A stretch of 64,000 nucleotides of DNA from a virus. Lineage: Duplodnaviria > Caudoviricetes. The stretch spans positions 1 to 64,000 of the IMG/VR virus record IMGVR_UViG_3300001765_000076; one strand, given 5' to 3'. Of the stretch, positions 1 through 7,242 are shown piece after piece. The translations under genes and the position numbers were made by a program. The notes beneath the pieces were generated by a model that was given only the letters and a program-made list of their open reading frames with translations, was not told where the DNA came from and searched no databases. Position 1 is the first letter of the stretch; each line of letters opens with the position of its first letter.

Positions 1-1
1 A

Positions 2-643
2 TTAGAAAATATTAAGTTAAATGATAATTTTTGGAAGTGGTTTGGAAATAGCAAAGTTGTTGATAAAGATGGAAACCCAATGATTTGTTATCATGGAACA
101 CCAAAAGGTGGGTTTATAGAATTTAAACCAAAAACAGGATATAAGGGCAAATCAAAACAACAAGTTGATTTAGGGTCACATTTTTCGATTGATAAAGAAT
201 ATGCCTCTGGATATGCTGGTGACAAAAAAACGTCAAAGGTTTACGAATCGTTTTTGAAAATCGAAAATCCTTTATATACTAATCAAATGTTTTATAGAGA
301 AGATAATGAAGAGTTGTTTATTAAATATTTAAATTTTATAACTAAAACATTTAAGTTAAATTTAGGTGGTGATTACTATTACAATAAAAACGGTGATAAA
401 TTAAATGAACCACAAAATATTATCCTTAACAGTTTTTTAATTGATAAAATACCATCAAATAAACTTTATAATAGTTTAATAGATTTTGGGTTTGATGGTG
501 TTTTTCACGAACCATATAACATGGAAGGTTTAACCCACTTTAAAAAACACCCATTAGCATATATAATTATAGAATCAAACCAAGTTAAGTCAATTGAAAA
601 TGATGGCACTTGGGATGTAAATGATAATAATATTTACTCATAA
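2..643 (+). CDS. ADP-ribosyltransferase-like protein (ART-PolyVal type), 5' partial
   Basis: Frame stays open to the window edge: LENIKLNDNFWKWFGNSKVVDKDGNPMICYHGT...GSHFSIDKEYASGYA...NQVKSIENDGTWD...NIY. The WFGNSKVVD-x-G-x-P-x3-YHGT start and the C-terminal N/DG-x-W/F-D-x4-IY motif are typical of phage polyvalent-protein ART domains. Confidence 0.7.
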   Translation, partial: LENIKLNDNFWKWFGNSKVVDKDGNPMICYHGTPKGGFIEFKPKTGYKGKSKQQVDLGSHFSIDKEYASGYAGDKKTSKVYESFLKIENPLYTNQMFYREDNEELFIKYLNFITKTFKLNLGGDYYYNKNGDKLNEPQNIILNSFLIDKIPSNKLYNSLIDFGFDGVFHEPYNMEGLTHFKKHPLAYIIIESNQVKSIENDGTWDVNDNNIYS

Positions 644-657
644 AATAATTAATAAAA

Positions 658-972
658 ATGGAATTAAATTGGAAAAAAATTAAATTTATAGCAAGACAAA
701 ATACTTGGTATGATGAAGGGACAGAAGCGATTTTAGACCAGCAAGGTGGTATTGAACATGATTATACTTCCGCATTCTTTCGTGGATTACATGAAGGTTT
801 TGATGATGGTGAATGTTGCTGTGTTTTTGAATTTGATTGGATTGATGAAAATGGAAATTCTATTAATTCAAATATTCCATATATGGAAAGTACTATTCAA
901 CACAAAAACTATATTATTGAGAATGCTGAAACTGGTGAAAAATATAATTGGTTAGAAAATAAAAAAATATAA
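658..972 (+). CDS. hypothetical protein
   Basis: 104-aa ORF with ATG and an A-rich leader. Confidence 0.7.
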   Translation: MELNWKKIKFIARQNTWYDEGTEAILDQQGGIEHDYTSAFFRGLHEGFDDGECCCVFEFDWIDENGNSINSNIPYMESTIQHKNYIIENAETGEKYNWLENKKI

Positions 973-1050
973 ATCCTTAAAGTGCGTTGGGAAAATTTTT
1001 TTTGTTTTTCACCACGAAACTCAAATTGAAACACTGAACCAAGGCATGGA

Positions 1051-1144
1051 GCATAACGTTTTGCAGATAGGCGATGGTTGCCTACGATAAATTTAATTAT
1101 TAACCGAGAAGTTTCTGGCAACTATTGCCTATGTGCTGTTAGGT
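1051..1144. repeat. attC-like site 1 (94 bp)
   Basis: GCATAAC(1051-1057)...GTTAGGT(1138-1144); inner arms GCAGATAGGCGATGGTTGCC / GGCAACTATTGCCTATGTGC are complementary. Confidence 0.8.
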
Positions 1145-1171
1145 GCAGTGCTTCTCACAAATTGAAACAAA

Positions 1172-1348
1172 ATGAACAAAATATTGATATGTGTTTTACT
1201 GCAAATCGTTCTTTTTATACCATTCTATTTGATTTGGAGGAATGATTGCAAAAAAATAGGTAAAGACAACTTAGCAGTCAGTTTACAAGAACGATTTTTG
1301 TACTGGCTCATATTTTGTCCAATTTGGTTGGTAGGTGTCTTGGATTAG
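1172..1348 (+). CDS. cassette A ORF, 58-aa hydrophobic (probably two-TM) peptide
   Basis: Translated by hand: MNKILICVLLQIVLFIPFYLIWRNDCKKIGKDNLAVSLQERFLYWLIFCPIWLVGVLD*; fills the space between attC1 and attC2. Confidence 0.65.
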   Translation: MNKILICVLLQIVLFIPFYLIWRNDCKKIGKDNLAVSLQERFLYWLIFCPIWLVGVLD

Positions 1349-1354
1349 CATTGC

Positions 1355-1489
1355 ACCTAACGTTTTAGCAGCTATGAAATTGAAGCGGTTTGCGGGAGAG
1401 TAAACTTTAGTACTTAGAAAATGGTAATGCGGGCTACAAGCCTGATAAATGAGATAAAGACAGCTTTGTTTCATAGGTGCATGTTAGGC
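1355..1489. repeat. attC-like site 2 (135 bp)
   Basis: ACCTAAC(1355-1361)...GTTAGGC(1483-1489); arms GCAGCTATGAAATTGAAGC / GCTTTGTTTCATAGGTGC. Confidence 0.8.
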
Positions 1490-1520
1490 GTAGTACTTTA
1501 ATTTTTAAATTCAAAATATA

Positions 1521-1691
1521 ATGACAACAATCGAAAAAAGAGTAATTGTCGAAAAGACAAAATGTGGAGTTTATTTTTATACACTCCAAATCAGAAAATG
1601 GATAATGCCGTTTTTTAGAACGAAATGGAAAACAATCACACCAGAATGTCAACCTTCGTATGAAGAAGCAATAAACTTAATCAAAGAATAA
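1521..1691 (+). CDS. cassette B ORF1, 56-aa hypothetical protein
   Basis: Translated by hand: MTTIEKRVIVEKTKCGVYFYTLQIRKWIMPFFRTKWKTITPECQPSYEEAINLIKE*. Confidence 0.6.
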   Translation: MTTIEKRVIVEKTKCGVYFYTLQIRKWIMPFFRTKWKTITPECQPSYEEAINLIKE

Positions 1692-1692
1692 T

Positions 1693-1902
1693 ATGGAAAA
1701 CTTACAACAGATAATGGCTTGCTGTGAACAATGGCCTAATTGTGAAGGACACATGGATATTTATGAGGAAATAATCGCAAAAGAAGCAATTGAAAGTTTA
1801 CTTGAAAAGGTTGAACCTATTTCAGAAGAAAAAACGTCAAAGAACGGAGAACCAACGTCCTTAATTAATGCTATTAAACGAGCAAATGGTGATATTTCTT
1901 AG
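1693..1902 (+). CDS. cassette B ORF2, 69-aa hypothetical protein
   Basis: ATG 1 nt after the ORF1 stop; its stop abuts the cassette-end repeat. Confidence 0.65.
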   Translation: MENLQQIMACCEQWPNCEGHMDIYEEIIAKEAIESLLEKVEPISEEKTSKNGEPTSLINAIKRANGDIS

Positions 1903-1908
1903 TATTAC

Positions 1909-2030
1909 GCCTAACGGCTGCGTGTATGGCACGTTGCTAATACAGAACTTAATTTGAAATACTAAAATTTAATAATATGAATAAAGATAATTTGAAACCA
2001 CGAAGCAATGTGCTATACACGTTGTTAGCA
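1909..2030. repeat. attC-like site 3 (122 bp)
   Basis: GCCTAAC(1909-1915)...GTTAGCA(2024-2030); arms CGTGTATGGCACGTTGCT / AGCAATGTGCTATACACG (16/18 complementary). Confidence 0.8.
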
Positions 2031-2189
2031 AATCGTTATTTTGGCGGTTTGAAACGATGGTTTATGCTAAGATATTATAAAGGTTGTTTAAGAGAAACAC
2101 TTGTAAGAACAATAAAAGGCGAACAAGGATTAGAGTTGGCTCGTAGATTTTTTAACTATAAAATTTACCAACTATCTAAGCCAAAATAA
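1977..2189 (+). CDS. cassette C ORF, 70-aa basic protein starting inside attC3
   Basis: ATG lies in the attC3 loop; stop is just before the cassette-end repeat TTTGCTAAC. Confidence 0.55.
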   Translation: MNKDNLKPRSNVLYTLLANRYFGGLKRWFMLRYYKGCLRETLVRTIKGEQGLELARRFFNYKIYQLSKPK

Positions 2190-2194
2190 TGTTT

Positions 2195-2220
2195 GCTAAC
2201 TATTATATATACACAACTAA
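2195..2220 (-). other. candidate attI-like primary recombination site
   Basis: GCTAAC core closing cassette C is followed by TATTATATATACACAACTA with no long hairpin (minus strand TAGTTGTGTATATATAATA-GTTAGC); 17 bp from the recombinase ATG. Confidence 0.4.
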
Positions 2221-2237
2221 TATTTAATTAATTGATT

Positions 2238-3044
2238 ATGAACATAAAAAGTAAGTCAACTCTCGAAAAGTTTGAAAAATCTTTGAGATTTAAAAACTAT
2301 TCTGATAGAACTATTGAAATGTATTTACATTATTCGGAAAAATTTTTAAATGAATTTGAAAAGGATATTTATCATATTTCACAAAAAGATGCGGTTAATT
2401 ATTTAATTAATAAAAAATATACATCAATATCTCAACAGAATCAAATAATAAATTCGATAAAGTTATTATATAAATATGTTGTTAGTTCTAAGATAGTTAT
2501 TTTAGATATAGAAAGGCCTCGAAAATAAAAAACATTACCAAGAGTTATTGATAAAGATTATCTCTTAGAAAAAATATCAAAGATTAATAATATCAAACAT
2601 AAAATTATAATTTCACTTGCATATTCAGTTGGTTTGAGAGTTTCGGAAGTAATAAACTTAAAAATAAAAGATATTGATTCTAAGCGGATGGTTATAAATA
2701 TAATTCAATCTAAAGGAAGAAAAGATAGGATTGTACCTTTAACTCAAAATATATTAGATTTACTAAGAATTTATTTTAAAGAATATAGACCAGTTGAATA
2801 TATGTTTAACGGTCAGTTTTCAAATCAATATAGTTCAACATCTTGTAATCAAATTATTAAGAAATATTTAGGTGAAAATTACCACTTTCACTTATTGCGA
2901 CATAGTTGTTTCACTAATCTAACAGACAACAACGTGGATATCAGAGTCATACAAAAGTTAGCAGGTCATAGTTCAAGTAAAACAACTGAAATATATTGCC
3001 AAGTTTCTAAAAACACACTTAGAAATTTACCACTTGCAATATAA
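2238..3044 (+). pseudogene. tyrosine recombinase/integrase (N-terminal SAM-like domain plus catalytic domain) with one in-frame TAA at 2526-2528
   Basis: ORFs 2232-2528 and 2634-3044 are in the same frame; read-through gives RPRK*KTLPRVI...SLAYSVGLRVSE...KGRKDR...HLLRHS...LAGH...TTEIY with all catalytic R-K-H-R-H-Y residues. Confidence 0.9.
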
Positions 3045-3058
3045 AAAATGTTAAATAG

Positions 3059-3090
3059 TTTGGTGGTTTAAAAGTTTTGTTTTATCTTTG
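3059..3090 (+). promoter_or_regulatory. Bacteroidetes primary-sigma-type promoter (-33 TTTG / -7 TATCTTTG)
   Basis: TTTGGTGGTTTAAAAGTTTTGTTTTATCTTTG; same 32-bp geometry as seven minus-strand copies. Confidence 0.7.
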
Positions 3091-3120
3091 TACTATCAAA
3101 TTAAAAAAAATAGATTTATC

Positions 3121-3348
3121 ATGGAAGAATTAGAAAATATATTAGATTGGTTGGTTGAATTAGATATTCAACATTATAAGACAGAGACGTTTAGTGATTA
3201 CACACCCTCTGGAAATTCACATTTTTATTTGAAACGATCACAAGAAAGATTTACATCTAAAGAAATGATTGAGGTTTTTCACAATAAAGCGAGTGATGAT
3301 TTGATGAAGAAATGGCATTATGCTGTTGCTGATACAATGCGTAAGTAA
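3121..3348 (+). CDS. hypothetical protein
   Basis: ATG 3121 downstream of the promoter. Confidence 0.65.
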   Translation: MEELENILDWLVELDIQHYKTETFSDYTPSGNSHFYLKRSQERFTSKEMIEVFHNKASDDLMKKWHYAVADTMRK

Positions 3349-3400
3349 TAAATAATTATTTTAAAAATAAATTAACAATTAATAATAATAAAAAAACAAA

Positions 3401-3817
3401 ATGAAAACAATTAAAATTTTATTGGTAGCAATGTTATTGCTAAGTTCTATTTCTAGTTTTTCAGTGTCTATCTATACTGAATCTAAGGCTGTTGCTGTAG
3501 CTAATGGTTACACGATAGCAACTGAAATGTATGGTGATTTAGTCAAATCAGACTATGTTTATAATTGGAGACAATTTTATGCAGATACAGAGTACCTCAT
3601 ATTTGCATGTTCAGATGATGCAGATGTCACTGATGTGGATATTTATATAGAGAATCCTAATGGTTCAATATTCTTACAGGATAATGACTCACACAGATCT
3701 GCGGTTGTATCTTTTGAATTGTATGATCCCATCCAATTAAAGATTGTTGTCTTTAACCATGCGACGCTAACCCCAAATTACGCATCCAGAATTCAATACT
3801 TTGTGGCATTTAAATAA
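3401..3817 (+). CDS. secreted protein with signal peptide and beta-sandwich (PPC-like) domain
   Basis: MKTIKILLVAMLLLSS signal; DVDIYIENPNG...DND motif. Confidence 0.6.
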   Translation: MKTIKILLVAMLLLSSISSFSVSIYTESKAVAVANGYTIATEMYGDLVKSDYVYNWRQFYADTEYLIFACSDDADVTDVDIYIENPNGSIFLQDNDSHRSAVVSFELYDPIQLKIVVFNHATLTPNYASRIQYFVAFK

Positions 3818-3824
3818 AATAAAT

Positions 3825-3983
3825 ATGGTAGAATTTAAATTAACCTATGATGAGTTATTTACATTACTTAAAGAAGCTTATAGAAATGGTTATTCGACTT
3901 ATGAGCCAGTTGAGGCTGGTTTAGAACCCTACGATTCAGATAGTTATAGCAGGTACGTAATTTCAAAAATCAAAACAAAATGA
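3825..3983 (+). CDS. hypothetical protein
   Basis: small ORF in an operon-like chain (ATGA overlap downstream). Confidence 0.55.
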   Translation: MVEFKLTYDELFTLLKEAYRNGYSTYEPVEAGLEPYDSDSYSRYVISKIKTK

Positions 3984-4186
3984 AATTAGATAATTTAGTT
4001 GGAAAAGATTTTCGTTATATTTCTAAATATGATGGAAAAGAAAGTAATTGGATTGGGGTAGTTGATAGAATTACTATTACAACAGTTATAAAGGACTATA
4101 AGCTAGGCGAATACGTTCCAGAAATACATATTATATCTAAAAACGGACAGAGTTATTTATTACACGAATTAATATTTTTAAAATAA
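3980..4186 (+). CDS. hypothetical protein
   Basis: ATGA overlap with the previous ORF. Confidence 0.6.
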   Translation: MKLDNLVGKDFRYISKYDGKESNWIGVVDRITITTVIKDYKLGEYVPEIHIISKNGQSYLLHELIFLK

Positions 4187-4193
4187 TACAATA

Positions 4194-4532
4194 ATGGAAA
4201 AGAAGAATGGATTACCGAATGATGTTATTTTGTTCCTTAATGAAATTGACTCTATCGTTACTGACCCATATGAAAGCGGTTATATTGGTTCGTTTAATGT
4301 TAAATCATTGGATATATTACGAAATAAATATGGTTTGTGCGAAACTGAAAACGATCCTATATCAGGATATATTTCAATTCCAGATATTAGAAACAAATTA
4401 TCACCTATCAAAAATCTATTAGCTTTACTTAAAATGGCTAATTTTAAACATTCAGATGAAAGAATTGATAGACTGATAAACGAAGCCATTGAACAATCAG
4501 GAAAAAGTGTTGAATATTTATCACAAAAATAA
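4194..4532 (+). CDS. hypothetical protein; C-terminus resembles a histidine-kinase DHp helix pair without the His
   Basis: PDIRNKLSPIKNLLALL resembles HD(I/L)RNPLxxIxxxxxLL. Confidence 0.6.
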   Translation: MEKKNGLPNDVILFLNEIDSIVTDPYESGYIGSFNVKSLDILRNKYGLCETENDPISGYISIPDIRNKLSPIKNLLALLKMANFKHSDERIDRLINEAIEQSGKSVEYLSQK

Positions 4533-4533
4533 A

Positions 4534-4956
4534 ATGAAAAATAGTTTCAAGAAAAAAAGAATTTCAGTTAGATTAAATAAATTGAAAACATGGTTTGGTG
4601 AGGATAAACCAGTTATTACAGATATGCAACGTAAATCATTATCAGTTTTTAGAAAAATGGTGGTAAGTCCAGAATCTACGTTATTAACAGACCCACTAAC
4701 TAATTGTTGTTATATTGAATTCAAACATTATTTTATTAAATTGGATTCAAAGTCTATTTTGATTAAAAAAACTACCTTTAGTAATTATTGTGAATTTGAT
4801 TATCGTATTGGTGAGAAAGCAATATCATTTTTCTTCAGGCATGTTTCTAAACGGAGGATGGCTATGGAGACGATGTATGATGGTAATACAATAGCTAATC
4901 TAGAAAAAATTAATTTTGGACTGAGCAGTTCAGTAACTAAAACAATTAAGAAATGA
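4534..4956 (+). CDS. hypothetical protein
   Basis: ORF; ATG 4534 preferred over 4489. Confidence 0.65.
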   Translation: MKNSFKKKRISVRLNKLKTWFGEDKPVITDMQRKSLSVFRKMVVSPESTLLTDPLTNCCYIEFKHYFIKLDSKSILIKKTTFSNYCEFDYRIGEKAISFFFRHVSKRRMAMETMYDGNTIANLEKINFGLSSSVTKTIKK

Positions 4957-5141
4957 AATTTGAATTAGATGAAAACCAACTTGTTAGATTAAACGAATGG
5001 CAAACAAAAATTAAAGAAATTTTTGGTGAATATGGTCTGTATGATTACGTATTTACACCATATGACATGGGAGTCGGAGTAAAGGTGGTTAGTCATCTAA
5101 CTAAGACTGAATTAGATTTAAGTAATGTTGAAAATTGGTAA
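4953..5141 (+). CDS. hypothetical protein
   Basis: ATGA overlap. Confidence 0.6.
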   Translation: MKFELDENQLVRLNEWQTKIKEIFGEYGLYDYVFTPYDMGVGVKVVSHLTKTELDLSNVENW

Positions 5142-5151
5142 AACATTGATT

Positions 5152-5760
5152 ATGAAGATTATAACTAAAAGAAGTCAAAAAGATTATTATGATTTTTTGA
5201 TTGGAGTTTATGGTGAAGATCCATTAATTGTATTGGATAGGACTAAAAATGATAAATTACCTTACTCAATTAGTAATGATGTAGTTGTTAGATTTTATAT
5301 TGGTGGTTATTTGGTTGAAGGTTATAAAATAAATGATAGTTATTATTATGGTGAAAACTTACATGAGTTTGGTGATGATAAAAGATATATCTCACCATAT
5401 AGTTATAGAAACCAAAATATAGAAGTGAAAGATTTGATTTATTTAAAAGATTCAAAATCTCGCTCGCCTTACGTACTAATTAAACCAGTAGTAGATGTTG
5501 AATTGATCAATGAGAAAGAAAATTGCAGTATATTATTGGCTTTTAATGGTGCTGGCGGAGTTAACTATTTAAAATATCCAAATTTATCATCGTTCAATAT
5601 ACAAAGTCTACTATCACCAGAGGTTGTTTACAAGATGATTTCAGATTGGATTTCAAGTCAGATAACCAAAAGCGAAAATAAAGTAGATAGTAGAAGTAAT
5701 ATAGAGAAGATCGAGTCGAAAGGCTTTGATAAGAAAACTAGTTTTAGAAAATTGCCATGA
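5152..5760 (+). CDS. hypothetical protein
   Basis: ORF of about 200 aa. Confidence 0.7.
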   Translation: MKIITKRSQKDYYDFLIGVYGEDPLIVLDRTKNDKLPYSISNDVVVRFYIGGYLVEGYKINDSYYYGENLHEFGDDKRYISPYSYRNQNIEVKDLIYLKDSKSRSPYVLIKPVVDVELINEKENCSILLAFNGAGGVNYLKYPNLSSFNIQSLLSPEVVYKMISDWISSQITKSENKVDSRSNIEKIESKGFDKKTSFRKLP

Positions 5761-6617
5761 AGAAAAATACATTATTATTATTATTATTATTATTTACAAC
5801 AACCCAAATATTTTTTGGGTGTGACGTTTCTGAAGATGAGACGCATGAAATTAAAAAATCTAAATTAGATGAGTTGTTTTTAAATGGTTTTACAGTGAGT
5901 CTCGAACAGGTTTATGTTATGGGCAATGTGAATTCAATCCCGTATCTGGATAAGCCGTTGGACTCTTGTTTTAATAACAATAACAATATTGTCACTATTA
6001 GTAATTTTACTGATTATAATAATAAGAATAATGTTTTATTTGGACTTAGACATGGAGAGTCATGGGAGTTTTCTAAGATAAAAAATTATTATGATACCAC
6101 ATACACAGAAAGAAATAGTTATACCGATGATTATTCTATTTCTACTCAGATTAGAAAGTATAATTACACTGAAATAACATCTAGTAATGATGTCACCACC
6201 AGGGAATACATCACTCAAATATATTTAGATAATCCATATACATATAGAGGACGTGATAACCACGCATTAGCTATTGACATAGTTAGCCCCATTACAAATG
6301 AGATCTCAAAAACTAATCTATATCTTACCATTCTTACCAATAATGATGGTGGTTTATTTGATGGTGGTTATATTTACCTTGACACAAATTTTATAACCAA
6401 AATTGTATATAACATAACTAAACCTTTAACTTCAGATGAGGTTAAAATTCAAATAGAAAAAGGTAATTATACAATGTTTTTATGGCATAATTTAACAACA
6501 TTTAAAATAGGTAATAACTTGTATGTACCAAGTTATAACAGTTATATTTATGTTGGTGATGCTAATGATAGTGGAGTTGTAACGTTTTTAGATATTATAG
6601 ACTTAAATTTAGAGTAA
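5757..6617 (+). CDS. putative lipoprotein
   Basis: MKKNTLLLLLLLF...IFFGC lipobox-like signal II. Confidence 0.6.
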   Translation: MKKNTLLLLLLLFTTTQIFFGCDVSEDETHEIKKSKLDELFLNGFTVSLEQVYVMGNVNSIPYLDKPLDSCFNNNNNIVTISNFTDYNNKNNVLFGLRHGESWEFSKIKNYYDTTYTERNSYTDDYSISTQIRKYNYTEITSSNDVTTREYITQIYLDNPYTYRGRDNHALAIDIVSPITNEISKTNLYLTILTNNDGGLFDGGYIYLDTNFITKIVYNITKPLTSDEVKIQIEKGNYTMFLWHNLTTFKIGNNLYVPSYNSYIYVGDANDSGVVTFLDIIDLNLE

Positions 6618-6633
6618 TTTAATAATTAAAAAT

Positions 6634-6822
6634 ATGGAAAATAAAAAATATTGTTTTGTATCGTTTGACTTGAATATATTTTGTAACCTATCTGAAAATC
6701 AGGCTCGTAACCTACAACGTAAATTAGGTGGTTCGATTACCGATGATGAAACAAAAATAGATGGAATAATATCGGTTTTCAAAGAAGCAAAAGAAGATTT
6801 AGAATTTTCAAAGTTGAATTAA
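6634..6822 (+). CDS. hypothetical protein
   Basis: small ATG ORF. Confidence 0.55.
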   Translation: MENKKYCFVSFDLNIFCNLSENQARNLQRKLGGSITDDETKIDGIISVFKEAKEDLEFSKLN

Positions 6823-7133
6823 CTATAAAATTCGTTGTTTTCCAGTAGGAAATCAATAGTTTTTTGATATTTTGTACATATATCCGTGAATCCAATAGCC
6901 TCATCATCTGTTAAAGAGAACCATTCACCTTTCAATCTTTTTGGTTGGTAATGATTGTGTAACATATTTTCAAGCTTGTATGTATTATTAGTTTCAAACT
7001 TTCTGCAAATAATTAATTCACTAGAATTTCCAGTTTGAAGTTCCAATGTGCGCTTAGTAATAGTCTTAGCTTTAGTCACACCAATTTTATAGTTATTGCT
7101 GTTAGATTCGTTTATTAAATAGATGTAACCCAT
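6819..7133 (-). CDS. T5orf172/MUG113-type GIY-YIG domain protein
   Basis: GYIYLI...YKIGVTK...R-x2-ELQTGN...E-x2-LH...KGEWF. Confidence 0.8.
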   Translation of the reverse strand: MGYIYLINESNSNNYKIGVTKAKTITKRTLELQTGNSSELIICRKFETNNTYKLENMLHNHYQPKRLKGEWFSLTDDEAIGFTDICTKYQKTIDFLLENNEFYS

Positions 7134-7242
7134 ATACAATTATTATAATAAAAAAATTGGAAATATAAAGAATCTTAAATTATTTTCACCATACATTAAA
7201 ACATATTACCTTTGTATTATAAATTTGAAACCAAATAATAAA

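Larger units (their letters stand above)
1051..3044 (+). mobile_element. integron-like element: three attC-like sites, three cassettes, candidate attI and a tyrosine recombinase
   Basis: Three 94-135 bp imperfect palindromes running ..TAAC to GTTAG.. alternate with short ORFs, directly upstream of a tyrosine recombinase gene. Confidence 0.75.

Noticed and set aside
975-1050. Degenerate hairpin CGTTGGGAAAA...TTTTCACCACG left of attC1, a possible gene-less fourth cassette
   Set aside because: No GTT end complementary to GCATAAC was found. It may be a truncated cassette remnant or a terminator and cannot be supported as a cassette.
909-1652. Minus-strand ORFs 909-1121, 1283-1474 and 1434-1652 from the track
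   Set aside because: They cross attC hairpins and are antisense to better-fitting cassette ORFs, so they are likely spurious.
7183-7214. Possible ninth Bacteroidetes promoter (TACCTTTG) upstream of the ARH gene
   Set aside because: The -7 box is good, but the -33 position reads TTTT, so support is too weak to list it.
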